Assembly: GCF_000621645.1 (NCBI RefSeq)
Contig: NZ_KK211325.1
Span: 26,254 to 46,387 of the forward strand
DNA length: 20,134 nt
Direction of reading: 5' to 3'
Source: Vibrio cholerae ATCC 14035
GTDB taxonomy: Bacteria > Pseudomonadota > Gammaproteobacteria > Enterobacterales > Vibrionaceae
The notes under the pieces were generated by a model. It did not search any database. It saw only the letters and a list, made by a program, of their open reading frames with translations, and was not told the DNA's origin. Made by a program: the position numbers and the translations under genes. Of the stretch, positions 17,102 through 20,134 are shown one piece after another; the first letter of the stretch is position 1, and every line of letters begins with the position of its first letter.

Positions 17102-19198
17102 GTGGCTCGTAAAACTCCTATTGAGCGCTACCGTAACATCGGTATCTGTGCTCACGTAGATGCAGGAAAAACAACCACTACTGAGCGTATTCTGTTCTAC
17201 ACTGGCCTCTCTCACAAAATTGGCGAAGTTCACGACGGTGCTGCGACTATGGACTGGATGGTCCAAGAGCAAGAGCGTGGTATTACCATTACCTCTGCGG
17301 CCACCACCACCTTCTGGCGTGGTATGGAAGCGCAATTCCAAGAACATCGCATCAACATCATTGATACCCCTGGACACGTTGACTTTACGATCGAAGTAGA
17401 GCGTTCACTTCGTGTGCTTGATGGTGCAGTGGTCGTATTCTGTGGCACATCAGGTGTTGAACCTCAGTCTGAAACCGTTTGGCGTCAAGCTGACAAATAC
17501 GGCGTTCCACGCATGGTATTCGTCAACAAAATGGACCGTGCCGGTGCAGATTTCTTACGCGTAGTAGGCCAAATTAAACATCGTCTTGGTGCGAACCCTG
17601 TTCCTATCCAACTCAACATTGGTGCAGAAGAAGAGTTCAAAGGTGTCATCGACCTTATCAAGATGAAAGCCATCAACTGGAATGAAGCCGATCAAGGCAT
17701 GAGCTTCACTTATGAAGAAATTCCTGCGGATATGCTTGAGCTTGCCCAAGAGTGGCGTAACCACCTTGTGGAAGCCGCAGCCGAAGCCAGTGAAGAGTTG
17801 ATGGAAAAATACCTTGAAGATGGTGAACTTAGCGAAGTAGAGATCAAACAAGCTCTGCGTCAGCGCACCATCAATAACGAAATTGTTCTCGCAGCTTGTG
17901 GTAGTGCATTTAAGAACAAAGGCGTGCAAGCAGTTCTGGATGCGGTGATTGAGTTTCTACCATCACCAACCGATGTTCCTGCGATCAAAGGTATTGATGA
18001 TCGAGAAAACAGTGTTGAGCGTCATGCTGACGATAACGAACCGTTTTCTTCACTCGCGTTTAAGATTGCTACCGATCCTTTTGTTGGCTCGCTGACCTTT
18101 ATTCGCGTCTACTCTGGAGTGGTTAACTCGGGTGATGCGGTTTATAACTCAGTGAAGCAAAAGAAAGAGCGCTTTGGCCGTATCGTACAGATGCATGCTA
18201 ACAAGCGTGATGAAATCAAAGAGATTCGTGCGGGTGACATCGCTGCGGCTATCGGCCTGAAAGATGTGACTACGGGCGATACTTTGTGTGATCCGAATCA
18301 TGTTGTGATTCTGGAGCGTATGGAGTTCCCTGAACCAGTAATTCAGATCGCAGTAGAGCCTCGCTCTAAAGCTGATCAGGAAAAAATGGGTATTGCTTTA
18401 GGTAAACTCGCAGCAGAAGACCCATCATTCCGCGTTGAGACTGACGCTGAGACGGGTCAAACGCTGATTTCTGGTATGGGTGAGCTTCACCTAGATATTA
18501 TCGTCGATCGCATGAAACGTGAGTTTGGTGTCGATTGTAACGTAGGTAAACCTCAGGTGGCTTACCGTGAAACCATTCGTGGTAAATCGGAAGTGGAAGG
18601 TAAGTTCGTTCGTCAGTCAGGTGGTCGTGGTCAATACGGTCACGTATGGCTGAAAATTGAACCTGCTGAGCCTGGTCAAGGTTTTGTCTTCGTTGACGCA
18701 ATCGCGGGTGGTGTGATTCCAAAAGAATTTATCAACCCAGTTGCGAAAGGTATCGAGGAGCAAATGAACAACGGTGTGTTAGCGGGCTATCCAGTGCTGG
18801 ATGTCAAAGCTACCCTGTTTGATGGTTCATTCCACGATGTCGACTCCAGCGAAATGGCGTTTAAAATCGCTGGTTCTATGGCATTCAAGAAAGGTGCGCT
18901 TGAAGCTCAACCTGTTCTTCTTGAGCCGTTAATGAAAGTTGAAATAACCACTCCAGAAGACTGGATGGGTGATGTTGTGGGTGACTTAAACCGTCGTCGT
19001 GGCATCATCGAAGGTATGGATGAAGGCCCTGCGGGACTGAAAATCATCCACGCTAAAGTCCCATTGTCTGAGATGTTTGGTTATGCAACTGACCTGCGTT
19101 CTGCCACACAAGGCCGTGCTTCTTACTCTATGGAGTTTGCTGAGTACGCTGATGTGCCGAAAAATATTGCTGACGCAATTATCGCAGAGCGTGGTTAA
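17102..19198 (+). CDS. fusA: Translation elongation factor G
   Basis: GTG start after AAGAGGA. 698 aa. The G motifs [14 protein letters not shown] and NKMD are present, and the protein is full-length EF-G-like. Confidence 0.98.
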   Translation: MARKTPIERYRNIGICAHVDAGKTTTTERILFYTGLSHKIGEVHDGAATMDWMVQEQERGITITSAATTTFWRGMEAQFQEHRINIIDTPGHVDFTIEVERSLRVLDGAVVVFCGTSGVEPQSETVWRQADKYGVPRMVFVNKMDRAGADFLRVVGQIKHRLGANPVPIQLNIGAEEEFKGVIDLIKMKAINWNEADQGMSFTYEEIPADMLELAQEWRNHLVEAAAEASEELMEKYLEDGELSEVEIKQALRQRTINNEIVLAACGSAFKNKGVQAVLDAVIEFLPSPTDVPAIKGIDDRENSVERHADDNEPFSSLAFKIATDPFVGSLTFIRVYSGVVNSGDAVYNSVKQKKERFGRIVQMHANKRDEIKEIRAGDIAAAIGLKDVTTGDTLCDPNHVVILERMEFPEPVIQIAVEPRSKADQEKMGIALGKLAAEDPSFRVETDAETGQTLISGMGELHLDIIVDRMKREFGVDCNVGKPQVAYRETIRGKSEVEGKFVRQSGGRGQYGHVWLKIEPAEPGQGFVFVDAIAGGVIPKEFINPVAKGIEEQMNNGVLAGYPVLDVKATLFDGSFHDVDSSEMAFKIAGSMAFKKGALEAQPVLLEPLMKVEITTPEDWMGDVVGDLNRRRGIIEGMDEGPAGLKIIHAKVPLSEMFGYATDLRSATQGRASYSMEFAEYADVPKNIADAIIAERG

Positions 19199-19320
19199 CC
19201 GTTGTTTGGTTAATAACGAATCTATTGCGCTGACGTGAGTTGGCGCATAAAATAGCAATTTCTGGCGCGCCTTGGGTACTGCTTACCCAAAGCGAATCAT
19301 AACTAGGAAGGAACACGATC

Positions 19321-20134
19321 GTGTCTAAAGAAAAATTTGAACGTACGAAACCGCACGTAAACGTTGGTACTATCGGCCACGTTGACCACGGTAAAACAAC
19401 TCTAACTGCAGCTATCTGTACTGTACTTGCAAAAGTATACGGCGGTAAAGCTCGTGACTTCGCGTCAATCGACAACGCACCAGAAGAGCGTGAGCGTGGT
19501 ATTACAATCAATACTTCTCACGTAGAGTACGATACTCCAAACCGTCACTACGCACACGTAGACTGTCCAGGACACGCGGATTATGTTAAGAACATGATCA
19601 CCGGTGCAGCACAGATGGACGGCGGTATCCTAGTTGTAGCGGCAACTGACGGTCCAATGCCACAAACTCGTGAGCACATCCTGCTGGGTCGCCAAGTAGG
19701 TATTCCTTACATCATCGTATTCATGAACAAGTGTGACATGGTTGACGATGAAGAGCTTCTAGAGCTGGTAGAGATGGAAGTTCGTGAGCTGCTGTCTGAG
19801 TACGATTTCCCAGGTGATGACCTGCCAGTAATCCAAGGTTCAGCACTAGGCGCGCTAAACGGCGAAGCACAGTGGGAAGCGAAGATTGTTGAGCTAGCAG
19901 AAGCACTGGATACATACATTCCAGAGCCAGAGCGTGCAGTAGACATGGCATTCCTGATGCCAATCGAAGACGTATTCTCAATCCAAGGTCGTGGTACAGT
20001 AGTAACTGGCCGTATCGAGCGCGGCATCCTGAAAGTGGGTGACGAAGTAGCGATCGTTGGTATCAAAGAGACAGTAAAAACGACCTGTACAGGTGTAGAG
20101 ATGTTCCGTAAGCTGCTTGACGAAGGTCGTGCAG
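19321..20134 (+). CDS. tufA: Translation elongation factor Tu (5' partial, runs off window end)
   Basis: The GTG at 19321 follows AGGAAGG. The translation is [32 protein letters not shown] ... [21 protein letters not shown] ... NKCD. The frame stays open to position 20134, which is why the ORF track does not list it. Confidence 0.97.
   Translation, partial: MSKEKFERTKPHVNVGTIGHVDHGKTTLTAAICTVLAKVYGGKARDFASIDNAPEERERGITINTSHVEYDTPNRHYAHVDCPGHADYVKNMITGAAQMDGGILVVAATDGPMPQTREHILLGRQVGIPYIIVFMNKCDMVDDEELLELVEMEVRELLSEYDFPGDDLPVIQGSALGALNGEAQWEAKIVELAEALDTYIPEPERAVDMAFLMPIEDVFSIQGRGTVVTGRIERGILKVGDEVAIVGIKETVKTTCTGVEMFRKLLDEGRA

Noticed and set aside
19179-20066. Minus-strand ORFs 19179..19511, 19707..20066 and 19721..19981.
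   Set aside because: They are antisense to tufA, whose frame is open from the GTG at 19321 to the window end. Their S/R-rich composition is typical of the reverse strand of highly expressed genes.

Overview
The window is core chromosome from a Vibrio-type gammaproteobacterium. Gene order and protein sequences (for example the 87-aa Hfq) look like Vibrio cholerae chromosome 1, but I cannot run a search to confirm that. Layout from left to right: (1) A tRNA operon, Gly(GCC) - fMet - Gly(GCC) - degenerate Gly-like element - fMet, ending in an intrinsic terminator. (2) About 520 bp of AT-rich sequence with no convincing ORF, carrying two perfect inverted DnaA boxes and two near-consensus boxes. 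(3) queG on the minus strand. (4) The plus-strand cluster tsaE-amiB-mutL-miaA-hfq-hflX-hflK-hflC-yjeT. (5) A convergent minus-strand pair: an exported 7-blade WD40-like lipoprotein followed by slyX. (6) fkpA, then yheO-tusD-tusC-tusB. (7) The str operon rpsL-rpsG-fusA-tufA, with tufA truncated by the window end. I see no transposase, integrase, CRISPR array, toxin-antitoxin pair or defence island, so this is an ordinary housekeeping region. Three things deserve a second look: a candidate datA-like DnaA-box locus at the same syntenic position as E. coli datA; a tRNA-Gly-derived element inside the tRNA operon that keeps its acceptor, D-stem and anticodon arms while its D-loop and T-arm are replaced; and the uncharacterised WD40-lipoprotein/SlyX gene pair. 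Smaller observations are a terminator-like hairpin inside the str operon, a probable lipoprotein version of FkpA, and translational coupling of yheO to tusDCB.
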